The notes beneath the pieces were generated by a model, which made no database searches, was not told the origin of the DNA, and was given only the letters and a program-made list of their open reading frames with translations. A stretch of 63,535 nucleotides of DNA, filler included, from Globobulimina sp. (taxonomy: Eukaryota): NCBI GenBank assembly GCA_003354225.1. It is 27 parts of 27 records of this genome, joined end to end, with 100 filler letters (N's around TTAATTAATTAA, not from the genome) between each part and the next. Parts side by side here need not be neighbours in the genome. Positions count along the whole stretch, not along the records: positions 1 to 2,259 come from PIVH01007828.1; positions 2,360 to 4,618 come from PIVH01007829.1; positions 4,719 to 6,976 come from PIVH01007830.1; positions 7,077 to 9,334 come from PIVH01007831.1; positions 9,435 to 11,692 come from PIVH01007832.1; positions 11,793 to 14,050 come from PIVH01007833.1; 21 more parts are not named here. One strand, written 5' to 3'. How positions within the stretch are numbered: position 1 is the first letter of the stretch; the number at the start of each line of letters is the position of its first letter. A program made the position numbers and the translations under genes. Shown here in pieces: positions 1-12,173 of the stretch.

Positions 1-680
1 TTTGTATTTGATGATTTCATCGATTTAACACTTTGGCATTCAGTCAATCGTTCTTGTTCTGCAATAATTGCATTTTCAAATCGTTTCTTCAATAAATTCA
101 ATTGCATTTCATACATTTTTTGAATTCTGCTTTGTGTATCTTTATATTCATCGAATTTCCGCATTAATTTATTAAAATGTTGGGTATGGTGTTTCTGTTC
201 CTCTTCGTATAATCGTTCCAGTTCTTTAATCTGCTGATTTTTATCTGAAATATTTTTATCATATTTGTCATGCAAATGACGCACTTTGGATTTATGACTT
301 TGTTTTTTTAGCTCAATATCCGCCTCTTTATCACATTTAATTTGACATAAATCTGTCTCATATTCGCTAATTTTGTCTTGTAACGCCTTCATTAATTCCC
401 TCTCTTTTTTATTTTCACATTGCGCAGAAATTAACTGTTCTCGCAATTTATCCGTTTCTTTATCTGACCTTCTTTCTGTGCTTAATGTCTTTTTATTCAA
501 TTCATCATTTTTATGCCTCAACTTAGTATTCTTCTCCTTTAATTTCATAAATTGCTTCGACTGTTTCTCATATTCACATTGCATCGATTGCAAGTTATGA
601 CAAATTGAGTTCATTTCTGACACTGTTTCTTCTTTATTTGTATTCAATTCATTCACAGTCACACTCAAACTCTCAGATTT
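1..680 (-). CDS. Coiled-coil protein exon, partial (runs off window start)
   Basis: Uninterrupted minus-strand frame not in the ORF track (KSESLSVTVNELNTNKEETVSEMNSICHNLQSMQCEYEKQ...RFENAIIAEQERLTECQ). It is E/K/Q-rich and heptad-like, and is preceded by an AG acceptor-like TATATAG. Confidence 0.6.
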
Positions 681-783
681 CTATATATATATTTTACAAT
701 ATTCAGTCAGCTGCGCAAATAATTACGCAATATCGCCGATTATCAGAACAACAAAAAACAACTTAACAGAAACACAAAACATT

Positions 784-2259
784 ATGTCGTCATCATCAGA
801 CAATAACGGTTCAGGCTCCTGGCGGTATTCAAAAAACAAACAAGTCCTCGGTCCGACATCCTTATCAAACATCGTCGAAAGGTATAGTTTGGGCGAATTG
901 GACGATCACTGTCAAGTATGGAACGGCGACGATGTCGAGAAATGGACGTACATTAAAAAAGTACCAGCATTCGCCGCGCAAATATCAAGTTTAGATTTCC
1001 CGCCACTTCGCAGGAAAATGTCCATCGTCGAAGTCGGCGATCAAATAAAAAACAGAAAGTCAGAGGACGGAGGTGATAAATTCGGTGTTGGTCTGGGTAA
1101 ACACAGCGGAGTTATTCAAATTATTAACAATTTGCGTGCTGTGGGTGCTCAAATGGAAGTGGATCTGCCTTCCATTGCATTATGCGGACAACAATCATGC
1201 GGGAAATCGTCATTAACCGAGGCAATATGTGGCGTTCCAATGCCTCGCAACGCCGGAACATGCACGCGATGTCCAACAGAATTACGACTGATTCAAAGAG
1301 ATGGCAATTTCAAATGTGACATTGGTATTCGCTATGAATATGATGACATAAATCAAAGAGCACTGTCGAGCATCAAACAGCAACATGTTGGTTCAACAGA
1401 TGATCGCTTCCAAGTCGCTCCCATTGTTACCAGGGCACAAAAACACATATTGGAAGGAGGCCGATTGCAATTTAGTAGGAATGTAATTACTGTAACAATT
1501 TATGATGCACATTGCTTAAATTTAACGATTTTAGATTTACCAGGATTAATATTTGCAATTGAAAAGCGAGAAGATGCGAAATATATTGATTTAGTCCGAG
1601 ATTTGGTGGTAGATACGATAAAGAAAGCAAATACATTGATTGCGTCAGTCATTTCCTGTAAAGATGATATGGAAAACCAAGCCATCAACCAATTGGCGCG
1701 CGAGTATGACCCAAATGGTTCGCGAACCATCGGCATTTTAACCAAAGTCGATACCATTGAACATGGATTGGAGAAGGAATGGATCAATGTCTTATCCAAT
1801 AAGAAATATCCACTCAAATTAGGCTATGTTGCGGTGAAAAACCCAAATCAAAAGGAGTTAATGCAACAGTTAAGCTACGAACAGACGCGTTTGATCGAAC
1901 AAAAGCAATTCTCACAGCATCCGTGGTCCGCATTACCGTCAGAGATAAAGGAGAGATATGGCGCCGCTAACTTGACCCGCATATTAAGTGACACTTTGGG
2001 CTCATTGATAGTTAAACAGCTCCCGGCCATGAAGTGTGTGATTGAGGAGAAACTGATTGATGTTCAAAATGAATTAAAACAACTGCCGCCTGCACCATAT
2101 ACAGGCGATGAAACGCCGACGGAAATCGTGTTCAGAACATTGACCATTTACTGCGACAACGTCAAGAATTTAGTGCGTATGAACGATTCCGATTTCTGGG
2201 AAGATGCCATGGTCGAATTGCAATCATTTGAGAACAAATTGGAAAGAGTAAAGCCGCGG
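784..2259 (+). CDS. Dynamin-superfamily GTPase, Mx-like, with N-terminal GYF_2 (DUF4339-type) domain; 3' truncated
   Basis: G1 LPSIALCGQQSCGKSS, G2 GTCTRCPTELRL, G3 DLPG, G4 TKVD, plus YPLKLGYVAVKN. The N-terminus WRYSKNKQVLGP..LSNI...YSLGEL...CQVWNG....W..I..VP fits the GYF_2 pattern. Confidence 0.9.
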
Positions 2260-2359
2260 NNNNNNNNNNNNNNNNNNNNNNNNNNNNNNNNNNNNNNNNN
2301 NNNTTAATTAATTAANNNNNNNNNNNNNNNNNNNNNNNNNNNNNNNNNNNNNNNNNNNN
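2260..2359. other. Artificial contig linker (44N-TTAATTAATTAA-44N), first of 26 identical linkers
   Basis: Same 100-nt cassette with stops in all six frames starts at 2260, 4619, 6977, 9335, 11693, 14051, 16409, 18767, 21125, 23483, 25841, 28198, 30555, 32912, 35269, 37626, 39982, 42338, 44694, 47050, 49406, 51761, 54116, 56471, 58826 and 61181. Intervening contigs never increase in length (2259 down to 2255 bp). Confidence 0.99.
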
Positions 2360-2713
2360 ACCATACCTATGGTAAATGCTATATAAATACTTTTTTTCGA
2401 GTTTAGCATTTACCTACCTATTTATATACCATTTACCTAGTCAGTTTGGTTTTGTTAGTTTTTTTAAAAAAAATAATAATAACTAAAATAAATTAAATTA
2501 CATTAATGCAAGTCCTCAATGTTTTCTTCGTTTTTTGACAGGTGGTGGATAAATATTAAATTTCCACGATTTTCCCACAAACATTTAAATAACAATTTAG
2601 AAATGGTGCTTTAAAATGATTCACTCTCCATGCTAAACTGTATGCTCTCCATTTATGTTTAGGAGGGGACAGGCCCAAAAACCCAAGAGGAAATTTTTTC
2701 TTTTTTTAAAGTT

Positions 2714-2826
2714 GAAATGAGAATAATCGACGAAAATGAGAAAAATCGATGAAAAATGAATAATCCAGGAAAAATGGGAAAAATCCATGAAAATGAGAAT
2801 AAACCATCAAAATGAGAAAAATGAAT
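2714..2826 (+). repeat. Degenerate ~18-19 bp minisatellite (GAAAATGAGAAWAATC-like)
   Basis: About six imperfect copies of gaaaatgagaa/aaaaatgaa(t)aatc in tandem. Confidence 0.55.
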
Positions 2827-3155
2827 ATGCAACCGCTGCCTCTTCCGCGTCTGCCTCGGCGTGGTCTGATGATGGCGTCTCTGTTGATTCTACGCCAACA
2901 TTATCAGGCGGATCGGAAGAGGACAATCCTTATATTGCACCCTCACCGCCACCACCACTCCATATCAATGGGTCAAGCCCTCATAAACCGGATACGCCCG
3001 CTCCTAAACCTAAAAAACATAAGAAAACATCGCTAAAGAAATATTTACATCAATCGAATGAGTCTGGTAATTTGGAGTTTGCTGCCAATCATATTCGTAA
3101 GAATAAAATCTCACATTATTACGCTGAATCAGAGGAGTTCGATCCTCTCGATTGA
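2787..3155 (+). CDS. Hypothetical S/P/K-rich protein (possibly a terminal exon)
   Basis: 122-aa ORF, GC-richer than its flanks, followed by a T-rich 3' UTR-like tract. No recognisable domain. Confidence 0.4.
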   Translation: MKMRINHQNEKNEYATAASSASASAWSDDGVSVDSTPTLSGGSEEDNPYIAPSPPPPLHINGSSPHKPDTPAPKPKKHKKTSLKKYLHQSNESGNLEFAANHIRKNKISHYYAESEEFDPLD

Positions 3156-3766
3156 TTAACTGATATTGTTCAAATATAGCCATAACTCTACTTTTTTGCT
3201 TTCTCATTTGTTTTTTCTGATGTTTTGTTTTTTATGTTTTTCTTTTATTTTTTTGCTGTGGTTGTTGGTTTTTTTTTTTGAAAATTTAATGTTTGGATTT
3301 GTATAAAATGACTGTTGTTTCAATGTAATGTTTTATTTTTTTTTTTTTGTGTTGGAAAATAAAATACGAAAATAATATAGTTTTATAATTTCTTTTTTTT
3401 TGGGTTTGTGTTTTTCTTCTTCAAATTTAGCCGTTCCTTTTTTTAATTTTTTTTATTTACTGTAATATCTAATTTTTTGTTCTCGGTTTTAATTTTACTG
3501 TAGTTTTTTTTTTGTTCCTATGCATTATTGTTATTGCCAATTCTGTCTTAATATATTATATTATATTAGAATCGATATCGTTTTATATTATTTCATCCCA
3601 CAAAATTATGTTTCTTGGACTGGCTAAACATATTTGATTATATAGCAAAATCTGGAATTTTAATTATGGTACTTATTATTAATAAGTAACTTTGTTTAAA
3701 TCATTGCAAGGCTAACGAACAGCACACAATCATTGAATTAAACACATGATTAGTGTTTCTTTTTTG

Positions 3767-4618
3767 TCACGTTTGAGTTCCACTGTTGGCGGTGGATTTC
3801 TTTCGTTGTTCTTCAAGCAATTCAACAAGTTGACTGTGGATTTTATGAAATTTTTCATTATCTTGAACAAATTTTTCTGGATCTTGTTTGAATTCATCCA
3901 ATAATTTCTTCACTTGTGGGTTCATATCAGATGTGTTTACGTCAGATGCAGTTTTTGTACCAGATGTGCCAACTTCAGATGCAGTTTCACCAGTTTGTGA
4001 TCTTTTGGTTTCATGTATCAACTTTATCCATTTTTCAATACTACCTATATCTGCAGCTAACAGCCAAGTTTTTGTTGTTTGATTTGGCTCTTTCGAGGTG
4101 ATACTAAATATTGGGAAAGAAAAGCCATGTTTTGGAACAAATTCACTTGTATATTCAGGTTCGATTTGTATATCTTGTAATTTCATTGTTCTTTTGTCTG
4201 CGGAAACTGTGTGCTGAATCTTACATTCTAATCTGTCAGCATACAAATAAAGCTCTGCCGGATACCATCTCTCATTTCCTGTCAATGATTGTAGAGAATC
4301 TAGCATTGTTGAAATCAATGGCACTTTACCTCTCCAACCACTTTGATCTCTCAATTTATCTAAGCTTGTTTGATCTTTTGCAAATATGATGTAGTGAAAT
4401 ATTAATTCATTTGATTGGGTATCACCTAACATTTGTCTGCTTCTTGATTCATGATGCAATTTATAATTATGTTTGATGGTGGATGTGTAAAATAATACTA
4501 CGGAACAGATGACAACAATGAGTGCTATTACTGCTATTGCTTTCCGAATGTATTTATTTAAGTATTTGATATAATCATCAGTGCAAACAGTATTGAAATG
4601 ATCTTCAAATTCTTGCTG
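3767..4618 (-). CDS. Membrane-anchored protein with C-terminal PH-like domain; 5' truncated
   Basis: The frame stays open from the contig end through the hydrophobic segment KAIAVIALIVVICSVVLFY. The PH-like end reads FSITSKEP..KTWLLAAD..SIEKWIKLI. Confidence 0.6.
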   Translation of the reverse strand, partial: QQEFEDHFNTVCTDDYIKYLNKYIRKAIAVIALIVVICSVVLFYTSTIKHNYKLHHESRSRQMLGDTQSNELIFHYIIFAKDQTSLDKLRDQSGWRGKVPLISTMLDSLQSLTGNERWYPAELYLYADRLECKIQHTVSADKRTMKLQDIQIEPEYTSEFVPKHGFSFPIFSITSKEPNQTTKTWLLAADIGSIEKWIKLIHETKRSQTGETASEVGTSGTKTASDVNTSDMNPQVKKLLDEFKQDPEKFVQDNEKFHKIHSQLVELLEEQRKKSTANSGTQT

Positions 4619-4964
4619 NNNNNNNNNNNNNNNNNNNNNNNNNNNNNNNNNNNNNNNNNNNNTTAATTAATTAANNNNNNNNNNNNNNNNNNNNNNNNNN
4701 NNNNNNNNNNNNNNNNNNCAACAGACGGACTTTGCTAAAATATGACATAATCGCCATACAATACGCACTAAATACCAATAATGACTACAATCTGGAAATA
4801 TTGCTCTCTGTTTAATGTTTGCGTTCTTTCCTCAACATAACCTTTATCAGACCATCCATATTTATTTCCAATACTAAATAAACTCCCCAATACGCTAAAT
4901 ATTATTAAACTACATTTGCTCCACTTTCCCTTAGAAGCTAATACAAAAGTTTTAACTGAAAAGT

Positions 4965-6976
4965 ATGGGGACGGGTTCAAAACCATTGTTGACAAGCACT
5001 GGACTTGAATCTTCAGCATACACCAAGTCGCGATGCAGCGCCAACAAAATTATCATTGTCGCCATATCTTTTTTAGCCATATTAGCAATTATCTTAGTAT
5101 TGACATTGGCAATTGATTGGTCCAGCGATACTTCCACATCCCGCAATAACAAATACTGGCAAACACAGTTTTTATCCTTGCCATCAAACGAATCATGCAA
5201 ACAAATCTCCATTGATCTGGCCTCTAAACCTCATGTTGCTGGATATCCACAACAAATAGTAACTGGCGATTATGTTACGCAATTGTTTGAAAATGCCAAC
5301 ATTGCCACCATGAAACAAGAATGGACCAATACGGTTTTAGATCGTTTTATATCATCAGAATTGCGAATGTCATATAATGACAGTGCATGGGTTACATTAA
5401 ACATCTCTGAAGAAATAATTGCCGAGGATCCAGATACAAATACCTCATTTCGGTCACATATTTGGAATGCATACAGCGCCAATGCCTCTGTTACCGGCTC
5501 TGTTGTCTATATTAATTATGGCAGACGCAGTGATTACCAGCAATTAATCGACAATGACAACTATACGACCATAACTAGCAATATATCATTTGCCGGGAAG
5601 ATAGGTTTGGTTCGATATGGGAATATGGGCAGAGCTATCAAGGTAAAAATTGCGCAACAATATGGTATTATTGGTTTATTAATGTTTAGCGATCCTGCTC
5701 AATATGCACCAGATCCGGATATGGTGTATCCGTACGGTCCATGGCTGCCTCCAAGGTATGTTCTGTAGGATCCCGCACAAAACACTTTGTATACGTAATG
5801 CATAATATATTTTTAGTGGTGTGCAGCGAGGGACAGTTAAGTTTGCATCATGCCCTGGAAATCTTGATATGACGCGAATGCAGAGTTTATGTGGTATTAA
5901 TAGTATGGAAGAAGCCATTCCGTCCATACCTGTGATGCCATTATCATATAGGAATGCGGAAATATTATTCAATTATATGACTGATGCTGTTTCCGCACCA
6001 AATGCATGGTACGGTGGCATTAATGTTGATTATAAAGTTGATTCCTATGATTTGATGATAAATTTAAATGTTGAAACTGATTTGAGAGTGGATGACTTGA
6101 CACAAAATGTTTACGGGATAATCGAAGGACAGGAATTTGCGGATCAGATTGTTATGATTGGTGCTCATAGAGATTCCTGGGTTTGTTTACTTTGTTAACA
6201 TGCAATGTTTGTTTATGTATATAAAGAATAACTGTTTTCAAAGGTATATGGAGCTCAAGATGACGTCTCTGGCTCTGCCACAATTTTGGAGGTTGCCAAA
6301 GGGTTTGGCATGTTATACGAAAGAGGATGGAGGCCACGGCGGACGGTAATATTTGCATCGTGGGACTCTGAAGAAAGTGGATTAATCGGCTCGACAAATA
6401 TGGGCGAAATGATGAGGATCAATGATGATTTGGTTTTGAATGATTCGTTAATTGCTTATATAAAGTTAATATACACTATAAATTCTGTACCAATGTGTGA
6501 TTATATTGATTATTAACAACATATAGTTTGGATATGACGACTGGCGGAGATACTTTTGATATATCCGGCCATCCATTATTACGTAAAGTAAGTGAGGAAG
6601 CCATGAGATTTACGCCGATAAGAAACCAGCGATTAAGTCAATTTGATACTTTTTACGATAAATATATGAGTGAGAGCAGTCAATGGGGCATTTTAGGCCA
6701 AGGTTCTGATCACACCGTATTTGCATATTATTTGGGAATCAGTGCAATGGATTTGGGATTTGGTGGCGACACTGGAGGGGGTGCATATCATTCAGTGTAT
6801 GATACAATTGGATGGCAAGAGACAGTGGATGCAAATTGGATGTTAGCTGAAGATATTGCCCGTTATACAGGAATTTTAGTGATGAAATTATTGGATAGTA
6901 AGGTTATTCCGTTTGATTTAGAAATATTTGCTGCTACTATTAAAGAATGGTTTGTTGTAATATGTAAGATGGATTT
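4965..6976 (+). CDS. Glutamate carboxypeptidase II / NAALADase-like (peptidase M28B, PA domain), type II membrane protein; introns 5756-5816, 6181-6243, 6465-6526; 3' truncated
   Basis: N-terminal TM, then PHVAG, VYINYG and GKIGLVRYG. Splicing the three GT-AG introns restores PPSGVQRG, GAHRDSWVYGAQDD and AYINLD. Also present: RPRRTVIFASWDSEESGLIGS, GSDH and YHSVYDT. Confidence 0.93.
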
Positions 6977-7076
6977 NNNNNNNNNNNNNNNNNNNNNNNN
7001 NNNNNNNNNNNNNNNNNNNNTTAATTAATTAANNNNNNNNNNNNNNNNNNNNNNNNNNNNNNNNNNNNNNNNNNNN

Positions 7077-7160
7077 TCGATGGCACCGATTTGCTCTGAG
7101 CGTATATTGTAATCGCCACCAATAATTATCGTCGGCGCCGTATCACTCATATAATTAGCG
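7077..7160 (-). mobile_element. Fragment of APE-type endonuclease (likely non-LTR retrotransposon)
   Basis: APTIIIGGDYNIRS matches the IIxGDFN catalytic motif. Only a short piece is visible before the linker. Confidence 0.45.
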
Positions 7161-7388
7161 ATAAATCTGTGTAGACAACGGCAAAATATTTTGCGTTCAC
7201 AACACTTTACTAAAAAAAGGAAAGTAATCACTTATTAAATATACTTATCTCTGTCAAATAAAAAGAAAAACTTCGCGACAATAATCTGTATACAAATACA
7301 CACAAATAAACAGACACAAAGATCAACAACTTATTCGATGACAAAGTTTATGCTAAACACCACAGCCAAGTGGCGGTTAGCTATTTGT

Positions 7389-8680
7389 TTACTCGCTGCG
7401 GTGAACCACGTTATTTTGTGGAACACCAAAGTTTAATGCATTAAATTGATTTATATTATTATTATTATTATTAATTTGCAAATTAACCATTTCTGTGTCT
7501 TGTGAAGCATTATTATTATTATTTAATGACTCATTCTGTTTAATACAATGATCAAATTGAATTATTGTCTCATTACAATTAATTGACCATATTTTATTTC
7601 GTATTGCATATAATATCGTGTCTTTTGGGCATAAGTCACTATTTTTGAAGTTAAATATTCTTATCATTGCATCCAACAATAACTGCTTTGATATTTGATA
7701 CTTTTTATGTTTAAGCGCCTGTTTATGGATAGCCTCAATTACTGGGTCATGGATACATAAACCATTCATTTTTAATTGAAATTCACTTTTTTGCGCTTCA
7801 TTGTTAATTAATAACTTTGTGTCTGTAGCCCTTTTGATTTTAATCGCGTAATTCTTATATTTAATCCGCACGGCAGGCCATTTATTGTGTAATTTTTCGG
7901 TATATATATTCTTTCGTCGTCTGGTAAGTCTTCAATTCGTGTATTTGACGAAAGTTCAAATGAGTTGGGTTTAAATCGCTGACTAAGGACATCAAAGGAA
8001 GCAAAAAATTCCCATTGTCCCGGCTTTAATCCACTCATCTTCGACGCAAAAAAGATGGCAATTTGTTGCAGCGAACCTAAATCTTTGATACTGCACGAAA
8101 AGAAATTCGGTCTTATTCCGTGTATTCTATAGTTGTACAGATATGCGGCATTCTTATTTGTTGTAAAATGGCACATGGAATCTGTACCATTACCGCCTAA
8201 ATACCGAACTAAGTCTGCATTGCCAATTAAATGCTTCTTAATTTTTTCAATTACGTTATTTAATTTATATGCTTCTTCGGCATTTACTATGAATAAAACC
8301 TTGGCATACTTAACAAATTCGCATTTATCTTCGCTTATATGCCGTACCACCGTCACATCACTGACTAATTTGTTAATATCAGCGGCAATGTCGAGGTCCA
8401 CAACGTTGGCTAATAAGCTGGCAAAACCATATTGACTCATATCACTCGCACGTTTTTCTTTAATTACTAATTGTATTTCGTGTTTAATTTGTGTGGTATT
8501 GTGATAATCTCTGAATGTACGAACGTATAAGGCATTGTCCGCATAGTTCAATATTAATTGTTCCATGTCACGCGATGTAAAACCAAGCATAGATTCAGCA
8601 ATCACATAATTTCCGTGACATTTAATGAATTCTAACTGATCGTTACTTAATACTTTCTTTGCTTGTTTAAAATCTGCCAT
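7389..8680 (-). CDS. Hypothetical ~430-aa protein split by one frameshift near 7870; possibly retrotransposon ORF1/gag-like
   Basis: Overlapping 290-aa and 160-aa ORFs in adjacent frames with no intron signals. It lies upstream of an APE motif on the same strand, and its 5' flank has short direct repeats. Confidence 0.4.
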
Positions 8681-8938
8681 TTTGTATTGCGAAAATGCGT
8701 GTAATTTTTATTAATAATCTTCTACTTACGACCACCTAATACTTCTATCAAAAAAGAAATTAAATGTACTGTGTTACGCTGCGCTAATTTATTTGTGTTA
8801 ATTCCAATGACTTTTGACTTTTGTCTCTTGTGACTTATTATTTGTTTCACGAATTAGACTTTTTGTGTTTTAGTTTTTGCAGCAATGTGCCATTAAGAAG
8901 TAAGGTGTGAAGTATTTTTTTAGCCAAAACGTTTTTTT

Positions 8939-9118
8939 TATTGAGTGCAAAGATAAAAAATATTGAGTGCAAGGAAAAAATAGAATTTTCCAGAAATTTC
9001 TAGAATTTTTATTTTTTCAAAAACTGTTGTTTATAATTGTACACAACACAATGCGGTTATTACAGTAATGCAACGCACAATGCTGTTGTTGTACACAACA
9101 CAATGCTGTTATTGTAGT
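8939..9118. repeat. Short direct repeats (TTGAGTGCAA x2; ACACAACACAATGC(G/T)GTTATT-like x3)
   Basis: Directly visible tandem imperfect repeats. Confidence 0.6.
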
Positions 9119-9483
9119 TTCATGATGTTTTACTTCTTTTTGTGAAAAATAGTTAAATACCTGTCTCTACAATGGTGGTGGAGGTAATAATCTGCCTGTA
9201 AGATCAAAGAGTTAGTTGAGATGTTGCAATAATAATGATTGGACTTGACGGGACGAAAGGATTGTAAATGAATAAATGTGAAAATTATCTAAAGTTCGAG
9301 TGAAAACAGTTTTTTTTTTTGAGTTAGTAGCTGANNNNNNNNNNNNNNNNNNNNNNNNNNNNNNNNNNNNNNNNNNNNTTAATTAATTAANNNNNNNNNN
9401 NNNNNNNNNNNNNNNNNNNNNNNNNNNNNNNNNNACAAGAAATCATAATAAATAATTACAATGTCTATGGATCAGCATTTTGT

Positions 9484-11692
9484 TCAATATAATGGGCCAA
9501 TTGTATTCACTTCCTGTATAATCTGTTCATCCTCATCACCAACTACCACTTGCATTGTATTCACTTCCTGTACCATATGTTCATCCTCATTACCTTTGCT
9601 TGTTAATGGTCTCGCAAATCCACTGTCACTTGGTGGTAATGGTGGTGCAGGAATATTATGTATATCATCAATACTTTCTCGTCTCATTATACCAGTCAAA
9701 TTAACCTCTACCCCTTCATCTTCATCACCCCCTTCCATCATAACATTGGTTTTATCCCGTTTGTATGATGGTGGTTCCTCATTAGTTAATATTACGCGTT
9801 GCAGTGGTTGCGGCAATATTGGTGCTACCATAACAGCATTTTCTGCCATATTATATGCATTGTTAACTGTCATTGGTAACTGCTTCATATATGCATCACT
9901 GGCTGCTCCCGGCCCCTCTGCATATGCTTGAATTGGCCGATCAATTCCTGCATTACCACCCATATCATCAAACTGTATTTTTTTATCACCATTTTGCTTA
10001 TTTTTGCGCCTGCGGCCTAACATCAAAAGTACAGCAATTACAATGCAATAAAATACTGCCACCCCAATGATAATAAACCATATTAACTTATTTTCAAATA
10101 TATTCGTGTGTTGATTTGAAGGCTGCACTTCATCCCTTTGCTTTACTTCTTTCTCCGTTTCAACATCGATATCATTTATGCTTATTTCTAAATCATTATT
10201 GCCAATCAATGCTGTCCACAAATCACTGGTCAATGTATTATCTGCATAAGTTATCATATCATCTGCAGCGTATTCGGTAATTAATTCAGCATCAATTGAA
10301 ATAGTAATTGTTCGTAGCTCTGTATCAAAAGATACTGAAACTATTAATTTATCATCAATCATACCGGCAACATTTTCATCCAATAAGTTAATAACAAGCG
10401 TCTGTATGACATACACATCATTGCTCGTTATATCACCAACGTATTCCATCAAAACTGTCAATACAACTTTATAAATATTATCATCTGTGGTGTACATCAT
10501 GTCATATGTTGTTTGTGTTGACGTTGTTGCTTCCGTAGCAACGTTGGTTGGCGTTTCTGACGGAAATTTTGTTGGCGAAGTAGTGCGCGGAAACGGTGCT
10601 GGAAAGGCATATAATTATCGTCAGATAGAAGGTTAACGGGCCTATATACAATTTGATGTGTACATACCTCCTTCCATTGTGATTAAAAAATCTTGATAAT
10701 TATTCAATAACACACTGTTAAGATTCGGTACTGTCATTTGCATGCTGTCACCGGTCATGTATTCAATGCTTTGTGGTCCGACAGTACGTTGGAATAAACA
10801 TATACCGCCGTTGTTGAGTACAGTGTGTAAAGATAGCGTCCAAACGTAATACTCCTTTGCAGTTAAGTCAATACCACCGATTTGTAACACTTTAGGTATC
10901 CAAAAAAGCTTTGTTATATTGGTTGATAGGATGGTATTGAGTCCGTTACCTGCCGCAAAATGAGGTTCTGGCCATGCTTGAGCTGCAGTAAAATAATCAT
11001 AGAATGAAGTTGGTGTGAATTCATCTGTGGCACTTAAACCGATGAGGTGTGGAAGCAAAATAAATTGAAAAGTACATTTCATGTCGATATGAAAAGAAGT
11101 TAAGTTAGCAATATCTAATTGATTTGGATAAAATTCCTGTGCAAAATGCCAGTGATATGAGTTATTAACGTGAATGGAATCAATATCCCAAAGTGATGGG
11201 CCATCAACCAATGAATTGCAGGAAGTGCAATCAGCTGCTATGCTATATACAAAGTTTGCTGCATTGGAGGTTTGGATATTTGTTAATGCGGTATTGACAT
11301 AGAAATGTTTGTTATTGAAATTACGGAATGGTTCCGTTTGTATGGATATCGAGAATGGTGCATTTTGTGGTTGTGATATTTCTAATATCCATGTTAATTT
11401 GTTGTAATTTAACAGCCATATTTGATATTTGGTGGCAAATTCAAATATTAATGTCATGTTTGTGTCTGGTGGTATAACCAAACCACATTGATAAAATATA
11501 TCAGTCTCATTTAGTTGAGCGGGTTGAGGGGATTGTTGAGAGCATTGGTTTGATTGTACGTATGCTATGAATGAATTAATGCTATTATTATTGCTCGATA
11601 TATCATCTCCAATAATATAAAAATTAATGTTGACTGGATTAGTATTATTATTTGTTGTTATAGAAACATTGTTAAATGTTAATGAATTAAAA
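9484..11692 (-). CDS. Type I membrane protein (large ectodomain, Thr/Pro stalk, TM, acidic tail); intron 10599-10667; 5' truncated
   Basis: A 69-nt GTATGT...TTCCAG intron joins the two track ORFs in frame (EG-A-PFPRTTSPTKFPSETPT). TM LIWFIIIGVAVFYCIVIAVLLML is followed by RRRK. Confidence 0.75.
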
Positions 11693-11827
11693 NNNNNNNN
11701 NNNNNNNNNNNNNNNNNNNNNNNNNNNNNNNNNNNNTTAATTAATTAANNNNNNNNNNNNNNNNNNNNNNNNNNNNNNNNNNNNNNNNNNNNTGAATCCA
11801 TCTGGTTATATATCGACGAGAGGGATA

Positions 11828-12049
11828 ATGGCGGCGAAAGGGATTGCGCGTAAAGTGCAGAAACAACAGGAATTGCAATTGGATAAGGAAAAGGTGAGGA
11901 GAATGAAGAAAAGAGCAAAGAAGAAAAAGAGGAAATTGCAGAAGAGACAGAAGAAGAATGAGGAGGATAATGATGGATATGGCGCGGAAAAAGAAGACAG
12001 TAATGACCCGCCACTGAAGAAGGTCAGATTTGATGATGATACGGCATAG
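11828..12049 (+). CDS. Short Lys/Arg-rich C-terminal fragment
   Basis: Basic low-complexity ORF with an NLS-like PPLKKVR. Confidence 0.35.
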   Translation: MAAKGIARKVQKQQELQLDKEKVRRMKKRAKKKKRKLQKRQKKNEEDNDGYGAEKEDSNDPPLKKVRFDDDTA

Positions 12050-12173
12050 AGTCTGTAATGTTTTATTTAACAGAATTGTATTACCCTAAATTGATTCCAG
12101 ATTGTACGTTGATATTCTATTGTTTTAATTACACACTTAATCCACTACAGATCGTGAGAATTTTAGTTCAATC

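Noticed and set aside
2304-2315. TTAATTAATTAA recurring every ~2.36 kb as a biological repeat or CRISPR-like array
   Set aside because: Always embedded in 44+44 N; it is a synthetic six-frame stop linker.
10642-10667. 26-nt micro-intron
   Set aside because: It leads to a stop; the 69-nt intron 10599-10667 restores the frame.
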